Shown one piece after another: positions 62,523-64,000 of a stretch of DNA of 64,000 nt. Each line of letters starts with the position of its first letter. The first letter of the stretch is position 1. This DNA is from an uncultured Candidatus Saccharibacteria bacterium (GTDB lineage Bacteria > Patescibacteriota > Minisyncoccia > UBA9983). The stretch spans positions 10,766 to 74,765 of the forward strand of contig CAYJQX010000004.1 in the NCBI GenBank assembly GCA_964372755.1, read 5' to 3'. The translations under genes and the position numbers were made by a program. Below the pieces are notes generated by a model that saw only the letters and a program-made list of their open reading frames with translations, was not told where the DNA came from and searched no databases.

Positions 62523-64000
62523 ATGGCTAAATATATTTTTGTCGTAGGCGGAGTGATGAGCGGGGTGGGGAAGGGTATTGCTTCTGCTTCTATTGGCAAA
62601 ATTCTTCAAGCGAGAGGTCTTGAGGTGACGGCTATTAAAATAGATCCTTATGTAAATGTCGACGCGGGGACAATGAATCCCACTGAGCATGGTGAAGTTT
62701 TTGTTTTAAACGATGGTATGGAATGCGATCAGGATATGGGCAATTATGAGAGATTTCTTGATCGTGAGCTGACAAGAGATAACTACATGACAACAGGCAG
62801 TGTTTATCTGTCTGTTATAGAGAAAGAGAGGGCATTGGAATATGGAGGGAAATTTGTAAGCGTTGTTCCTTATATTCCTCTTGAAGTCATCGATCGCATA
62901 AACAAAGCGGCCAAGAAAAATAAAGCTCAAGTGGTGATAACGGAAATTGGAGGAACTGTAGGAGAATACGAAAATCTTCTTTTTCTTGAGGCTATAAAGA
63001 TGTTGAAAATTAAAAAACCAAGAGACGTGGTCTTGGTTTTGGTTAGCTACTTGCCTCTGCAAGGATCTGATACGGAACTGAAAACCAAACCGACCCAGCA
63101 TGCCGTGCGCGCCCTAAACGCGGCGGGACTTCAGCCGGATTTTATTCTGGCGAGGGCCAAAGTGGGTATAGACAAAAAAAGGAAGGAAAAAATCGCTTTC
63201 CATTGCTCTCTTATGGAAGAGGATGTTATCTCGGCTCCGGATATAGAGAGTATTTACGAAGTGCCGTTAAATTTTGAAAAAGACAATTTGAGCGATAAAA
63301 TTTTAAAAAAATTACACATAAAACCAAAAAGCCGAGATTTGAACGAGTGGAGAAATTTTGTGAAAAATATTGAAGAGAGCAAAGATGAAGTGAGAATAGG
63401 CATTGTGGGGAAGTATTTTGGGACAGGCTCTTTCACTTTGGCTGATTCTTACATATCCGTAATAGAAGCGGTAAAACATGCCGCTCATTATCTAAAAAAG
63501 AAACCTGTTTTAGAGTGGCTAAATGCTGAAGATTATGATCCTGATCTTGCTCCGGACTATAGAAAAAATATGCTAAAGCTGTCCGATTTTGATGGGGTGG
63601 TGGTGCCGGGGGGATTTGGTTCAAGAGGAGTGGAGGGTAAGATACAGGTCATTAACTATTTAAGAAAAAATAAAATTCCTTTTTTGGGACTTTGTTATGG
63701 AATGCAATTAGCCGTTATAGAGTCTTTGAGAGCCGTAAAGGGATATGAAGTGGCTCACACGACGGAAATCGATCAGAAAACAATTCATCCGGTGATAGAT
63801 ATTTTGCCGGAACAAAAAAAGAATCTCTCCGCAAAACACTTTGGAGCAACTATGCGTTTAGGAGCTTATCCCGCAATTTTGACGAAAAACACCATAGCTT
63901 ATAAAGCATACGGTGGGGAAAATATTTCAGAAAGACACAGACATCGATATGAAGTGAATCCGGATTATATAGAGATTATAAAGAAAGAAACGGACTTAAT
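62523..64000 (+). CDS. pyrG: CTP synthase, 3'-partial (it runs off the window end, so it is absent from the ORF track)
   Basis: MAKYIFVVGGVMSGVGKGIASASIGKILQARGLEVTAIKIDPYVNVDAGTMNPTEHGEVFV is the canonical PyrG N-terminus. The frame is still open at 64000 and reads ...HRHRYEVNPDYIEI, which is the glutaminase-domain motif. Confidence 0.9.
   Translation, partial: MAKYIFVVGGVMSGVGKGIASASIGKILQARGLEVTAIKIDPYVNVDAGTMNPTEHGEVFVLNDGMECDQDMGNYERFLDRELTRDNYMTTGSVYLSVIEKERALEYGGKFVSVVPYIPLEVIDRINKAAKKNKAQVVITEIGGTVGEYENLLFLEAIKMLKIKKPRDVVLVLVSYLPLQGSDTELKTKPTQHAVRALNAAGLQPDFILARAKVGIDKKRKEKIAFHCSLMEEDVISAPDIESIYEVPLNFEKDNLSDKILKKLHIKPKSRDLNEWRNFVKNIEESKDEVRIGIVGKYFGTGSFTLADSYISVIEAVKHAAHYLKKKPVLEWLNAEDYDPDLAPDYRKNMLKLSDFDGVVVPGGFGSRGVEGKIQVINYLRKNKIPFLGLCYGMQLAVIESLRAVKGYEVAHTTEIDQKTIHPVIDILPEQKKNLSAKHFGATMRLGAYPAILTKNTIAYKAYGGENISERHRHRYEVNPDYIEIIKKETDL

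Noticed and set aside
1-64000. CRISPR arrays, transposases, integrases, restriction-modification or other defence genes
   Set aside because: I looked for regularly spaced direct repeats and for recognisable defence or mobile-element proteins and found none. The only repeats are the dispersed hairpin families and the tRNA-associated modules.
1-64000. Small reverse-strand or overlapping track ORFs inside clpB, topA, dnaB, the Cys-rich protein and elsewhere (for example 1111-1581, 12396-12653, 54688-54939, 56424-56762, 57063-57530)
   Set aside because: These are shadow ORFs inside well-supported long genes on the opposite strand or in another frame. They show no independent signals. The 6060-6332 minus-strand ORF likewise overlaps the PurD-like gene's end and the ncRNA terminator.

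Overview
The window is AT-rich with many short genes and reads as a stretch of core chromosome from a small-genome bacterium. Assignment to the CPR/Patescibacteria is an inference; composition and gene content were judged by eye, not computed. It uses the standard genetic code, with TAA and TAG stops on long ORFs and no in-frame TGA problem. Roughly 60 protein genes are almost all housekeeping.

Protein genes, in order:
- htrA (5' partial), then clpB.
- A tRNA/ribosomal island: tRNA-Tyr, rpmG (missing from the ORF track), tRNA-Trp.
- miaA, a PurD-family ATP-grasp and a sugar nucleotidyltransferase, with tRNA-Leu beside them.
- parB, rel/spoT (short), topA-dprA, serS, an ftsQ-like gene, dnaX, ybaB, an EEP nuclease, tRNA-Gln.
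- Small enzymes: CYTH, Ham1/RdgB, HAD, DUF1059, TfoX-N, M32 carboxypeptidase, SET-domain protein, HI0933 flavoprotein, a P-loop kinase, YceI, pgi.
- fmt-def-priA, then mreB (first copy), a holB-like gene, frr, rseP, proS, then mreB (second copy), mreC, mreD, mrdA.
- greA, lysS, and a dcw-like block mraZ-rsmH-ftsL-ftsI-murF.
- Two large secreted proteins (one with a peptidoglycan-binding domain, one with cysteine-rich repeats), tRNA-Glu, rmuC, rplU, recR, dnaB, cysS, a corA-like gene, ctpA, rplI, and pyrG (3' partial).

I found no CRISPR array, transposase, integrase or obvious defence island. The unusual content is noncoding:
1. A roughly 440-nt structured region (5793..6237) with no substantial ORF. 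It is driven by a consensus TTGACA-16-TATAAT promoter and ends at a GC stem plus U-run; it looks like an unassigned ncRNA.
2. A recurrent module upstream of three tRNA genes (Trp, Gln, Glu): a copy of the tRNA's own first 10-20 nt, interrupted in the D-loop by a related GC-rich hairpin.
3. A conserved 3' trailer shared by the tRNA-Leu and tRNA-Glu loci: a near-identical hairpin plus an inverted copy of the T-arm.
4. Two families of short hairpin/TIR intergenic repeats, of about 150 nt and 110 nt, each present in three copies.
5. A 40-bp perfect palindrome in front of the EEP nuclease gene.

All calls rest on reading the sequence and ORF translations. I ran no database searches.
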